A DNA stretch of 64,000 nucleotides. Origin: a virus. The translations under genes and the position numbers were made by a program. Location of the stretch: IMG/VR virus record IMGVR_UViG_3300042569_002607, positions 1-64,000 of that record; one strand, 5' to 3'. Under the pieces are notes generated by a model. The model was given only the letters and a program-made list of their open reading frames with translations. It was not told the DNA's origin and made no database searches. Below are positions 21,501-29,894 of this stretch, in pieces (within the stretch, counting starts at the first letter, position 1; every line of letters begins with the position of its first letter).

Positions 21501-22037
21501 ACGCTCGGCCAACTGCCCGCCGTGGCCGTGGTCGGCACCGCCCGCGAGATCCTCGGGTATACGCGCTTTGCGGATGCTACGGTAAATGTTGGCACCTTGG
21601 TCCATGGCACGCTGATCGCAAGCGCCACCATCACAACGTCACGCGCCGTTGCCATTGCCGCCTACGGTGGCTTTGTCGACACACCAGGATCGTGGCACGC
21701 GTTGATTGAGGGGTGGGGGATCATCTCGCCGGCGACGGACGTGCCCTTCGTCAACGGTTCGCACGCGAATGCGCTGTGGCTGTCGGCGATCAAATACCTG
21801 CAGGTCTACGGGCGCGCGGTGTCGAAGCTCTCGGTCACGGTCGCTCAGCTGCAGGCCGCCACCGGCATGACGTTGTTGCCCACGGCTCCGGTCATCGGCC
21901 AAACCATTCGCGATGAAGACACGGGCGACACGGTACGTCTTGCCGCGGTATCGATCGACCATTTTGACTTTACGCGCACAGAGTACACCCTCGACTCGCT
22001 GCGCCCAACCGCCGCTCGCCTACTCGGGGTACGATAA
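18501..22037 (+). CDS. tail tip / Tal-like hub protein with inserted beta domains
   Basis: Follows the TMP; RINLFTQRG...FALARNV...LVTHVKPLG prophage-tail motif; C-terminal IGQTIRDED. Confidence 0.7.
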   Translation: MITPTLEVISAFATGSANGKLELVRAVSVQQIDNNDALVAAVRLPTNVPVKQRTKLRFTGNDGYVREYRVRRYRTNTQNRVMEIEAGPVWMDLATAGDTATTNANATTFTIEATLSASDWLTSLVLTNLASDGLTWLDTVLGTIEATGTRYFKFVNATRLEILQAVAAAFQVEWSIAQPSPGALYRINLFTQRGASAGVSYFALARNVMLKDTESADDQLVTHVKPLGDTPSGGVDSATLADNLWRVSAITSGWVSLVDPAGGSAPIALDDLANTMTLFGPMTGSTAPLTYQVLDSRASDGAVLLSSTSGLAVGALVSLRRNASGDGVYELMHPVAAAEYDRVVATPEMNGMRGEANYVEDGRFVNGLANWAAINGTTPPNFVEVKRSELGVTLSGQANGARAAATGTGTPFAIKGLPANSFVRQQALIKVGGATLPVTADAIPDTSGALTLALGGAGLPGSYPDNTPFTLIRREVRTWTLDGEHSVLATNLRFTDSNTDGIFAVNTGTLTSTSGGFVAGMQTVQYVDAPLFAGRIRVSPPFGFFQALDLGASSVTPDFAFVRFVNAFFGATVGSIRIIGTQATPVVVGTTRLSFRGTNGVVVCARVSANLGGGDFEITAENGSVFYGFNGQGYDAVNDWFVMTVSNGVMASGSTWTATLTRETRTVFCNGPVSAGAMSLPCKAQANLATRNWTASDTISMTRDIACTVDVTAAGSIVDEFEFDIDLGMDVFIGKSHSVTFNAATSTFDEVDAADRPNPLFLGEWRFVSIVGSTINLFKAPDDPGPSNPLPTGVLNLAWAVTDTYALTGTASWGTNGRVTLNLASAIPAGRSYARGLPVGSNWVSGFMRLHAARSGGNSTVELFGHDAFFSNTDPSSASRGALYRITASGSTMPIPGNTLTAAATAQADGSGNASVTLTAANANAIANNETVTIATPQMLRPSDPRTGSIVRLLYAVGNSSIPLTATPGIRSNYWWVPVPVGGSKVVTVYGVIAMNTGAYTLGQLPAVAVVGTAREILGYTRFADATVNVGTLVHGTLIASATITTSRAVAIAAYGGFVDTPGSWHALIEGWGIISPATDVPFVNGSHANALWLSAIKYLQVYGRAVSKLSVTVAQLQAATGMTLLPTAPVIGQTIRDEDTGDTVRLAAVSIDHFDFTRTEYTLDSLRPTAARLLGVR

Positions 22038-22390
22038 TGGGACGTTACACGGTGGAACCCGGCACAGGCCGGATCATTCGTGAAGAGCCGCTACTCACGC
22101 AACGCGAGTTCATGAAGCGGTGGCGGGAGAGTGGCGCCGGGGCAGTCTTGTCGATGCTCTTTGCGTTGGAGGTCAAAGACTCGGCGGCCGGCGCGCAGGC
22201 GCGCGAGTGGCTGACGGAGTTTCGAACGGCACGCGGGATCGATCCACTGTTGGACGAGACCGCCACGAGTACGGATGCGGCGCTGTCGTTCGGTATCGCC
22301 ACAGGCGTCATCACGTCTGCGCAAGCGGCGGCCGCTCGCCCGCTGATTCTTGCGCCGGTGCCCGACCCCCCACAGTGGAACGAGGAATAA
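22037..22390 (+). CDS. hypothetical tail-associated protein
   Basis: TAATG coupling; LTQREFMKR motif seen in fibre-associated chaperones. Confidence 0.55.
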   Translation: MGRYTVEPGTGRIIREEPLLTQREFMKRWRESGAGAVLSMLFALEVKDSAAGAQAREWLTEFRTARGIDPLLDETATSTDAALSFGIATGVITSAQAAAARPLILAPVPDPPQWNEE

Positions 22391-22393
22391 CGG

Positions 22394-23197
22394 ATGCCGT
22401 CGATCTATCTCGATGATACCGCGATTGAGGATATGGGGATGATCCTGTACGAGGGCGCTCCATACCTCGGTGGCTTCACGCGCACCCGCGAGCACACGCC
22501 ATGGCCAGGTCGGGCCGGCACCGTCGCCGCGTCTCAGGCCACCACGGGACCGCGGCTGATCCGGATGGTCGTCGATGTCCCCTGCTCCACCCCGGCGCAG
22601 CGCACCGCGTTGCTGGATCTGTATGGAGACTTGCTCACCGGCACCAAGGAGGTCCGCTACGCTGACGCGCCCGACCGCGTGATGCGTGGCCAGTGTCGCG
22701 TCTTCGAAGCGGACATTCCGGTCGCGCCACGCTGGGTGAACCTTGAGCCGCGCGTCGTCGTCGAGATCGAGTGCCCGATCGCGCACCGGTGGGACGCGCA
22801 GCCGCAGTCGCGCGTGCTCAGCAGCACGCCGACCCCGATCCCGGTGGGCACCCTTGCGCATGGTGGGCTGGTAACCGTCATGGGGGCGAGTGCCGGCGCC
22901 CTGTCCACGACGACCACGCTCCGGTACCGCGGGATCTCGGGGGTGGTGCTTGGAGAACTGACGCTCACGCCGGCCTTGCTCGCCGGGGAATACGCGCTCA
23001 TCGATCTCAACCTCGCGACGATCACGAAGGTGAGCACCGCAGGGGTGCGCAGCGACGCGTACGCCTGGAAGACCGGCGGCGGCACATGGTTCAAGCTGTA
23101 CCCACGCGACGGCACCCGCGCACTCGGCGCGTGGCCCACGCTCGAGCTCACGGCGGGTTCCGGCTTGTATGTGTTCCGCCGCAACTGGGTGAGCTGA
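22394..23197 (+). CDS. distal tail protein (Dit)-like
   Basis: PGRAG...GPRLI...EVRYADAPDR...IECPIAHRW; ends FRRNW. Confidence 0.65.
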   Translation: MPSIYLDDTAIEDMGMILYEGAPYLGGFTRTREHTPWPGRAGTVAASQATTGPRLIRMVVDVPCSTPAQRTALLDLYGDLLTGTKEVRYADAPDRVMRGQCRVFEADIPVAPRWVNLEPRVVVEIECPIAHRWDAQPQSRVLSSTPTPIPVGTLAHGGLVTVMGASAGALSTTTTLRYRGISGVVLGELTLTPALLAGEYALIDLNLATITKVSTAGVRSDAYAWKTGGGTWFKLYPRDGTRALGAWPTLELTAGSGLYVFRRNWVS

Positions 23198-23946
23198 TGA
23201 CGATCCCCATCACGCCGGCGGAGTTCGATGCCGCCGACCTCGAGATCACCAGTCGGTGCATCGCGCACTGGCGCGGCGATGACCTCGCCATCGATTTGGT
23301 CAGCGGACAACCGGGGACGTTTTCCCGCGGGGCCACGGCGACGGTCTTCGATTCGAACGGGGTCAGCATTACCGTGGCGAATGCGATGCCACGCTTCGAA
23401 CCGCGCGACTGGCTCGGCACGAGTGCGCGGACACACATGGGGCTCCTTATGGGCACCAGCGACCGGCTACACTACGCGGCCGACTGGCGCCCGCGCGCGT
23501 GTGCCTTTTGGATCGAAGGGATCGAAACCGGAGGCGCGGCCATTGTGGGCGGCGGCGTGCTCTCGGTGACGATTGATGCGGCCACCGGCGCCTACCTGAT
23601 CGTCGACTCCAACGGGACGACCTATCGCGTCCGGCACAGCAACGGCGTCAATGCCGAAGTGGTGCAGGCGCTGGCGGTCGCCCCGACGGTCGGTCAGCGG
23701 TTCGTGCTCCGGGGGCAGTTGTATGCCGATGGATCCGTCCAGCTCTGGCAAAGTCTCAACGAGGGGGCCGAGACGAATACCGCGCGTTCGACGGCGCCGG
23801 CCGCCGGGCTCGCGGCCAGCTGGGGGGCCGGGGCACGACTCCGGCTCAACAGCGTCGGCACGGGCAACGGCGGCAGTCTGTGGGCTCGCCGGTTCAAAGT
23901 GGTGCCTGGTGTCCCCGACTACACAACACTCAACCGATTGTTCTGA
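23197..23946 (+). CDS. tail protein with lectin/LamG-like beta sandwich
   Basis: TFSRGATATVFDSNG...ANAMPRFE...GLLMG phage tail motif. Confidence 0.6.
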   Translation: MTIPITPAEFDAADLEITSRCIAHWRGDDLAIDLVSGQPGTFSRGATATVFDSNGVSITVANAMPRFEPRDWLGTSARTHMGLLMGTSDRLHYAADWRPRACAFWIEGIETGGAAIVGGGVLSVTIDAATGAYLIVDSNGTTYRVRHSNGVNAEVVQALAVAPTVGQRFVLRGQLYADGSVQLWQSLNEGAETNTARSTAPAAGLAASWGAGARLRLNSVGTGNGGSLWARRFKVVPGVPDYTTLNRLF

Positions 23947-24317
23947 TGGCGCCTCTTGATCCTGAAGCCGCGAAAGTCGGCCACGCGCTCACCGACTCCG
24001 TTGCGGAGACCGGTCTGATCGCCCTCGTCACGGCGGTCATGACGTGGGTCATTTCCCGCCTCACGGTGTCGGCACGGATCGCTCAGCTGGAGCACACGGT
24101 GACCGAACGGCTGGATGTGTTCCAAGCGGACATCCTGCGTCGCCAATCTGAGATCGAGGGGCGCGTGCACTCGATTCACCAAGAGCTCTATGGCGCGCAG
24201 GGAGACGGCGGCATGATGCGCAGCTTGGAACGCCTCCAGTCCGACGTGGAGATCATCAAGGAAAGCACGGCGCGACTGAACGCGAACCTCGAAATCCTTC
24301 TGCGCCGCGTGCCGTAG
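23946..24317 (+). CDS. membrane protein, holin/hemolysin XhlA-like
   Basis: One N-terminal TM segment followed by coiled coil. Confidence 0.5.
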   Translation: MAPLDPEAAKVGHALTDSVAETGLIALVTAVMTWVISRLTVSARIAQLEHTVTERLDVFQADILRRQSEIEGRVHSIHQELYGAQGDGGMMRSLERLQSDVEIIKESTARLNANLEILLRRVP

Positions 24318-24413
24318 GTTTCCCCTTGCGCTTTTGGCACGGCCTTCCGCACCCTTCCCGAGTCCAACACGCCGGGCCCGGACGGCCTAGCGCCGCACAC
24401 TCTGCGCAGGGAG

Positions 24414-24677
24414 GTGATCGTGTTCCAGTTGTCGAAGGCGTGGGGGTGGTACCTACTCGCCATCCAGATCCTGAACGGCGTCGCCGCGGCGCTGGCCGTT
24501 TTTGCGATGAAGCTGCCGCCGGAGACCCAGGCCACCGTGCTCGGGTGGAATGCCGCGATCGCCGGCGCCGTCGGTGGCGTACAGGCGTTCACGAAGTCGC
24601 TGAGTGATACGGACGGCGATGGCACCCCCGACCTGTTCGACGCCACCCCCAACGGCCCGCCCCCGGGCGCGGGGTGA
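24414..24677 (+). CDS. putative holin (2 TM)
   Basis: Two hydrophobic helices; GGAGG RBS; start of the lysis cassette. Confidence 0.55.
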   Translation: MIVFQLSKAWGWYLLAIQILNGVAAALAVFAMKLPPETQATVLGWNAAIAGAVGGVQAFTKSLSDTDGDGTPDLFDATPNGPPPGAG

Positions 24678-25171
24678 CGGTGCCTACCGCGTTGTCGTTC
24701 CCGATGGCGTCGGTGCCGCAGCTGGCATCGACGCTTTCGTCGACCGCCTCTTCGCGTCCGCGATTCCTCGCGCCGGCCGACGAACTGTCCGTGACGTTCC
24801 TACGCGGCGGGAAGGTCCGCCTCGAACAGCCGATCGTGTTCGCCGATGTCGACGGCATCCACGTCACGCCGTCGGGCGTGATCAGCGATGGCACCACGTC
24901 CCCCGCGCCGTTCTGGCCGTTCCTCGGTCATCGGTTGAGCTACAGCCTGTTCCCGCCCAGCGTGCAGCACGACTACCAGCTCGAGCAGGCCCAACGCCAG
25001 CGTGCGCGCGGTGAGCCACATCAATCCCGTGTCGCCATTGACCGGCGCTCCTATCGCGCGCTGCGGGCATGGGGCAATGGCCGGACTCGCGCAGGGTGGC
25101 ACTACGCCGGCGTGCGCGTCAAGGCGCTCACGGTCGGTCCGAATTGGGATGGGGAGGAGGTCACGTCTTGA
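24674..25171 (+). CDS. DUF1353 family protein
   Basis: PSGVISDGTTSPAPFW...VQHDYQ...RVAIDR...HYAGVR. Confidence 0.7.
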   Translation: MTVPTALSFPMASVPQLASTLSSTASSRPRFLAPADELSVTFLRGGKVRLEQPIVFADVDGIHVTPSGVISDGTTSPAPFWPFLGHRLSYSLFPPSVQHDYQLEQAQRQRARGEPHQSRVAIDRRSYRALRAWGNGRTRAGWHYAGVRVKALTVGPNWDGEEVTS

Positions 25172-25692
25172 GTACGATCGCCCCTCTTCCGGATCTGGCC
25201 CCGTGGCTGCCGTCGGCCACGGACGCGCGCGTGGCCGCCGTCGTGCGGCACGCCCTTGCGCGCGTTGGCGTGTGTGAAATGCCACTCGGCTCGAATCGCA
25301 GTACGCTCATTGACGAGTGGGCGCGCGAAGCCGGCGCTGAGCTGGGGTCGTTCTGGTGCGCGAACCTTGCCACGAAGGTCTGGCGCGCGGCGGGCCTGCC
25401 CACGGCGGGCAAAGGGAAAGATCCGTCGTGTGATCTGCTGATGCATTGGGCGAAGGATACGCAGCGATGGAGCACGACCCCGGCGCTCGGTGCCCTCGTG
25501 TTCTACGGACCCAACGCGAACGACGCGACGCACGTCGCCGTGGTGGTGCGCTTGTCGCCCGCCGCGCTCGTCGTCGGGGGCAACGAACGCTGGGGCGCGC
25601 TCGCGTCGCGGAATGGTGTCGCCGTGCAGCTTCGCGCCGAACAGCGCACGGACATTCTCGGCTATGCGCATCCGTTTCCGGTGGCCGTATGA
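25168..25692 (+). CDS. endolysin, CHAP-like amidase
   Basis: VGVCEMPLGSNRS...FWCA (catalytic Cys), THVAVV (His), VGGN. Confidence 0.75.
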   Translation: MSTIAPLPDLAPWLPSATDARVAAVVRHALARVGVCEMPLGSNRSTLIDEWAREAGAELGSFWCANLATKVWRAAGLPTAGKGKDPSCDLLMHWAKDTQRWSTTPALGALVFYGPNANDATHVAVVVRLSPAALVVGGNERWGALASRNGVAVQLRAEQRTDILGYAHPFPVAV

Positions 25693-25909
25693 AGCGCCCG
25701 CTCGTGACCGCCGCACTGTGTGCCCTCACGGCGCTCGTGACCTACCTGCTGACGTACTTCCAGCTCAAGGGGTTGTCGTGACGTACTTCCCGCGCATCCG
25801 CCCCGTGCTCCGACTCTCGCAGTGGTGCGCCTTCGTGCTGGCCGCGTTTCTCGCCGCCGTGGTCGGGATGATGGCGGGCACACTCGCGGCAGCGGCGGTG
25901 TGGACATGA
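25689..25909 (+). CDS. two tiny TM ORFs (25689-25781, 25778-25909)
   Basis: Chained ATGA/GTGA overlaps; each is a single hydrophobic helix. Confidence 0.4.
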
Positions 25910-26232
25910 GCAAGCTCAAACACGCAACGGGCAACGACCATCACGTTGCATGGTGGTGCCCCGGATGCAGTGCCGTGCACTCGATCCCTGTAACCGGTTC
26001 GAAGGCCTGGCAATGGAACCGTAGCGATGATGCGCCGACGTTCTCGCCGAGCGTGCTTGCGCATCCCCATCCAACGCTCGGGGAGGGGGACATCCCGACG
26101 ATGACGCCGCTCTGTCACACATTCATCACCGACGGCGTGATCGACTTCCTGAGCGACTGCACGCACGCGCTCGCGGGGCAGAAGGTGCCGATGGTCGAAT
26201 GGCGCGGCTACAACGCTGAGGCGTACACATGA
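25906..26232 (+). CDS. DUF6527-like Zn-binding protein
   Basis: WWCPGC..VH...WQWN...PTFSPSVL...CHTFITDG.I.FLSDCTHALAGQ. Confidence 0.75.
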   Translation: MSKLKHATGNDHHVAWWCPGCSAVHSIPVTGSKAWQWNRSDDAPTFSPSVLAHPHPTLGEGDIPTMTPLCHTFITDGVIDFLSDCTHALAGQKVPMVEWRGYNAEAYT

Positions 26233-26810
26233 AGCCGACCTACTACCGCCCCCGCTACGCCCCTGTGGTGTGGGGTGTCGTGATCGCCCTCGCGCTCGCC
26301 GCCGCCCTCGTCTTCGCACATCGTGCCGCCGTGGCGTCTGCCGTGGCCGCTGAGCGGGCGACGGTGCTACGGGAAGGGGAAGGGCTGCTTCGCGTCGCCT
26401 TGTCGCACAGCGCGGCCCTCAAGCGGGAAGCGGATTCGCTGCGGGTCGTCGTGGCGCGCGTGGACACGGTCCTCGTGAGTCGACTGCGGACCGTGCGCGA
26501 TACCGCATGGCTCCCCGCCGACACGTCGCCCGTGGTGCGCCTCGCTGCCTGCCGTGCCACGCTCGACACCCTCGCCACCGACTGCGAGCGGTTCCGCGCC
26601 ACGGCAACCGCCGCACTCGCCAACGCCGACAGCCTACACCGCGCCGACAGCGCCGCCGCACACGCGCAGTCAATCATCACCGCTGGCATCACCCGCAGCC
26701 GTGACGCCGCGCTCTCGCAGCTCGCGTCCCACGGTAAGCGCCGGTCTTTCGAGCGGGGCGTGTGCGTCGCGTCCGGCCTTCTCAACGTCCTGCAATGGAG
26801 AGCGCGATGA
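26229..26810 (+). CDS. Rz-like inner-membrane spanin
   Basis: N-terminal TM followed by a long Ala-rich coiled coil, in the lysis cassette. Confidence 0.5.
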   Translation: MKPTYYRPRYAPVVWGVVIALALAAALVFAHRAAVASAVAAERATVLREGEGLLRVALSHSAALKREADSLRVVVARVDTVLVSRLRTVRDTAWLPADTSPVVRLAACRATLDTLATDCERFRATATAALANADSLHRADSAAAHAQSIITAGITRSRDAALSQLASHGKRRSFERGVCVASGLLNVLQWRAR

Positions 26811-27436
26811 AGTTCCTCTGTCTGCTCCTGCCGTTCCTCATCGGCTGCGGCCGTGTCGAGGCTAGCACCACCGACCTCCCGACCCTCACGGTCGAGATGC
26901 AAGCCGACTCGGCGCGCGTCATCGCGACCTGGCGCCGTCCGTGCGACGCGCGCGGCTGCGCCGATGGCTACCGCGTGCAGTGGACCGCTGGCGCCGTCTC
27001 GCGCCTCCGCACCACGGCGGCACTCGCGGACACACTGTGGGTGCCCCGCCCCTCCGTCGGTGACACGCTCGTCGCGACGGTCGCCGTCACCGCGTCGCGT
27101 CGTGGCATCGTCGGCGCGACGCGCACCGCTACCGCTGTCGTCCGCCATCCCGACGCGCCGCCGCCGGCGGTGGATTCGCTCCGCACGGATACGCTCACCG
27201 TCGAAGGCGCGCTACTCGACTCGTTCCCCGTCGTGGCGGTGCGGGACACGCTGGGCCGCTCCGCCAGAGACCTGCCGCTGTACGGCGCGCTGCGCCTCTG
27301 CGCCCTCGCGCGCAATCGCTACACGGGCCTCGTCACCATTCTCATCCCCGCGTCGATGGCCGAGGACGATGAAACGCGTGAGGCGGAACGCTGCGAGCGC
27401 GCGCGCGCCTCGTACAGCGTCGAGCGTGCCGGATGA
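26807..27436 (+). CDS. lipoprotein with FN3-like domain (possible o-spanin)
   Basis: Signal MKFLCLLLPFLIG-C lipobox; W...DGYRVQW FN3-like pattern. Confidence 0.55.
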   Translation: MKFLCLLLPFLIGCGRVEASTTDLPTLTVEMQADSARVIATWRRPCDARGCADGYRVQWTAGAVSRLRTTAALADTLWVPRPSVGDTLVATVAVTASRRGIVGATRTATAVVRHPDAPPPAVDSLRTDTLTVEGALLDSFPVVAVRDTLGRSARDLPLYGALRLCALARNRYTGLVTILIPASMAEDDETREAERCERARASYSVERAG

Positions 27437-27990
27437 CGACGCCGAGCCCCGAGACGGTGGCGACGTGGTGGCGCGCGGGGGACTTCGACCGCGCGCTGCC
27501 CGTGCTGCGGACATGGGGCCAGCAGCTGACGCGGCGGCTTCCGGCCGACGTCGCGGACGACGTGTGCGCGACGTTGTTGGTACGCGCATGGCGGTCGCCC
27601 ACGATCCCTGACGACCCGCTGCGGTGGGCCGCGCGCGTCGTGCAGAATTTGCAACACGATGTCCGCAAGCCGGTCTGGAATCGCCCCGGCCGCATCGTGT
27701 CGCTGGAGACCGACCAGTTGGCCAGCGCGTTCCCCGCGCCCGATGCGTTTATCGACGCGGAGCATGACGCGGCTATGGTGCAGCTGGCGCGCGCTGCGAT
27801 CCGTCGCCTGCCCGATGTCACGCGCCGGTGTTTTGTCCTGACCGTGTGGCACGGACAGACCAGCGCCGTCGTCGGCGACGCGCTTGGGCTGTCCCCTGCC
27901 GCCGTGCGGATGTGTGTCACGCGGGCGCGGCGCACCCTCGCGCGCTCGACGCGCCGTGCCGCGCGGCAGCTGTCGGTACTGGCCCGATGA
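27433..27990 (+). CDS. ECF-type RNA polymerase sigma factor
   Basis: Region 2 (ADDVCATLLVRAWR...WAARVVQN) and region 4 (LPDVTRRCFVL...VGDALGLSPAAVRMCVTRARRTL). Confidence 0.8.
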   Translation: MTTPSPETVATWWRAGDFDRALPVLRTWGQQLTRRLPADVADDVCATLLVRAWRSPTIPDDPLRWAARVVQNLQHDVRKPVWNRPGRIVSLETDQLASAFPAPDAFIDAEHDAAMVQLARAAIRRLPDVTRRCFVLTVWHGQTSAVVGDALGLSPAAVRMCVTRARRTLARSTRRAARQLSVLAR

Positions 27991-28178
27991 CGCTGCGCCT
28001 CCGTGTGCAACCCAAACCGCACAACAAAGTGCGCGTCTCTGTGTTTGTGCCGTGCAACCACGGGCACCACGGCGCGGGCGCGCTCGATCTGCCGGAACTG
28101 CTCTGGCGGACCCTGCTCTACCCCATCCTCACCGCTGGCGCCGCACGGCACGGCGTTACCCTGACACTGGAGCCCTGA
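27987..28178 (+). CDS. small hypothetical protein (CxHxHH)
   Basis: ATGA overlap with the sigma gene; TGATG coupling downstream. Confidence 0.45.
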   Translation: MTLRLRVQPKPHNKVRVSVFVPCNHGHHGAGALDLPELLWRTLLYPILTAGAARHGVTLTLEP

Positions 28179-28603
28179 TGGCTGACGCAATTCTCGACGC
28201 GCACATCGCGCAGCGCCGCGCGGCGCTCGTGGCGGCGTTTCCGCAGATCGACCCGACGCACTACGTCGACGGCGTATTGCAAGACCGCGCCGACCGCTAC
28301 GCGGCGCATCTCGCGACGATGACCATCGCGCCCGACATGGTGCAGTGGGCGCTCACGATGGGGCGCCGCTATGGCCCGTGGGTCAAGGTGCATCACTTCG
28401 TCGCGGACTGGCTCACGGCGCTGCTCATCATCCGCTACGGCGAAGAGCCCGACGCCGCGCGCTCCGACGATCCGAACTTCCACGGCTGGCCGGTGGCGTT
28501 CACGGACGACGATACCGCGCGCGCGAGTGAGTTGCTCGCCGGTACCAAGTGGCCGCAGGCGCTGACGCTGCTGCCGAAGAACCCGCTCGCACAGGAGGGC
28601 TAA
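28178..28603 (+). CDS. hypothetical protein
   Basis: GGAG RBS; coupled ORF. Confidence 0.55.
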   Translation: MADAILDAHIAQRRAALVAAFPQIDPTHYVDGVLQDRADRYAAHLATMTIAPDMVQWALTMGRRYGPWVKVHHFVADWLTALLIIRYGEEPDAARSDDPNFHGWPVAFTDDDTARASELLAGTKWPQALTLLPKNPLAQEG

Positions 28604-28606
28604 GCC

Positions 28607-29038
28607 ATGTCGCAGATGACGGATATCGCCGAGAACGACTTTATCGACGTCTACATTCGCAATCAGGCGAGCGGCAAGCCCACGTCGTGGAACATCCGCC
28701 TGTATACCGCTGCTCCCGGTGAGACCGGCGGGGGCACCGTGGCCAGCTACACCAACTACGCCGACGTCTCGGTCGCCGCGTCGCTCGCTAACTTCGCCGG
28801 CACGCAGGGCGCTGGCACCACGACCGCCAGCACCGGCACCGGTGGCGTCACGTCGAACAACAACGTGCTGACCTTTGGCACGGCGGCAGGCTCCGGCCCC
28901 CAGACGCTGACCCACTTCGCGTGGTGCAACGCGACGACCCCGTGGTACTACGGCGCCCTCACCACGTCGCGCACGATCAACAACGGCGACGTGGCGCCGA
29001 GCTTTGCGGCGGCGGCGTTGACGTTGACGGCGGCGTGA
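28607..29038 (+). CDS. phage fibre structural protein (Gp80-like)
   Basis: LYTAAPGETGGG...THFAW...YYGALTTSRTINNGD..SFAAAALT. Confidence 0.75.
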   Translation: MSQMTDIAENDFIDVYIRNQASGKPTSWNIRLYTAAPGETGGGTVASYTNYADVSVAASLANFAGTQGAGTTTASTGTGGVTSNNNVLTFGTAAGSGPQTLTHFAWCNATTPWYYGALTTSRTINNGDVAPSFAAAALTLTAA

Positions 29039-29499
29039 TGACCGCCGCCGAGATCCGCACCGCCATTACGAACGATCCGGCGGTGCTCGCGCTCATGCCG
29101 GATACGGTCGCGATCACGGCCGCGCTCTCGGCAGGACGGACCACGCTCACGCTCACGATGATTACCGAACGCCGGATCTTGTCGGCGCTCGGCGTCGTCG
29201 CGGGGGCGGTGTTCCTCGACGCGCTCGACGCGTTTGCGGCGGCGACGCTCCCGCCCGAGCATCCCCTTGCCGCGTATCACAGCGGCATCCGTCGCGCGGT
29301 TGGCTGGCTCAAGACCGACGACGGCATCGACATCGGTGACCCGACGTCGCAGGCCATGCTCGACGCCCTTGCAGCGGCTGGCGTGGTGACAGCGGAAAGC
29401 GCCGCCATCGTCAAAGGCATCGCGCGCGTCCCCGATCCTCTCTCTGAACTCGACGTGCGTCGTGCGGTGTTCGCCGACGACGGCACGCCACTGGTGTAA
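29038..29499 (+). CDS. hypothetical fibre-module protein
   Basis: TGATG coupling; DIGDPTSQAMLDAL motif. Confidence 0.6.
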   Translation: MTAAEIRTAITNDPAVLALMPDTVAITAALSAGRTTLTLTMITERRILSALGVVAGAVFLDALDAFAAATLPPEHPLAAYHSGIRRAVGWLKTDDGIDIGDPTSQAMLDALAAAGVVTAESAAIVKGIARVPDPLSELDVRRAVFADDGTPLV

Positions 29500-29501
29500 T
29501 C

Positions 29502-29894
29502 ATGCCGAAGACACAAACACGGACTGTACTCGTCTCTAGCACCAGTCGTGCGGCCGGTGCAGCAGCCACGCGCGGCACACTGGACGTGTCTGCCGTCGAT
29601 GGCGGCATCGTCACGTTCCGCATCACGAATGGGCCCACGGGGCCGACGGCGCAATGCGTCGGGCGCATCATGATCGCGCACAAAGATTCGGCAATGCCGG
29701 CAGCCGCGGCCGAAGGCACGGGCGATACCGCGTGGAAGCAGGTCTATGAGATCGGCGCGGGGCTCGCTGCCAACGCGAACGCGCGTGGCGTGTACCGCTT
29801 CGGTCCCGAGGTCGCGTACATCCAGATTGAGTGTACGGGCAACACGGGCCAACCCGTGACCGTAGAAGCCCACGCGACGACGTTCGTGTACTGA
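29502..29894 (+). CDS. hypothetical beta-sandwich fibre-module protein
   Basis: ITNGPTGPT...GNTGQPVTVEA. Confidence 0.6.
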   Translation: MPKTQTRTVLVSSTSRAAGAAATRGTLDVSAVDGGIVTFRITNGPTGPTAQCVGRIMIAHKDSAMPAAAAEGTGDTAWKQVYEIGAGLAANANARGVYRFGPEVAYIQIECTGNTGQPVTVEAHATTFVY

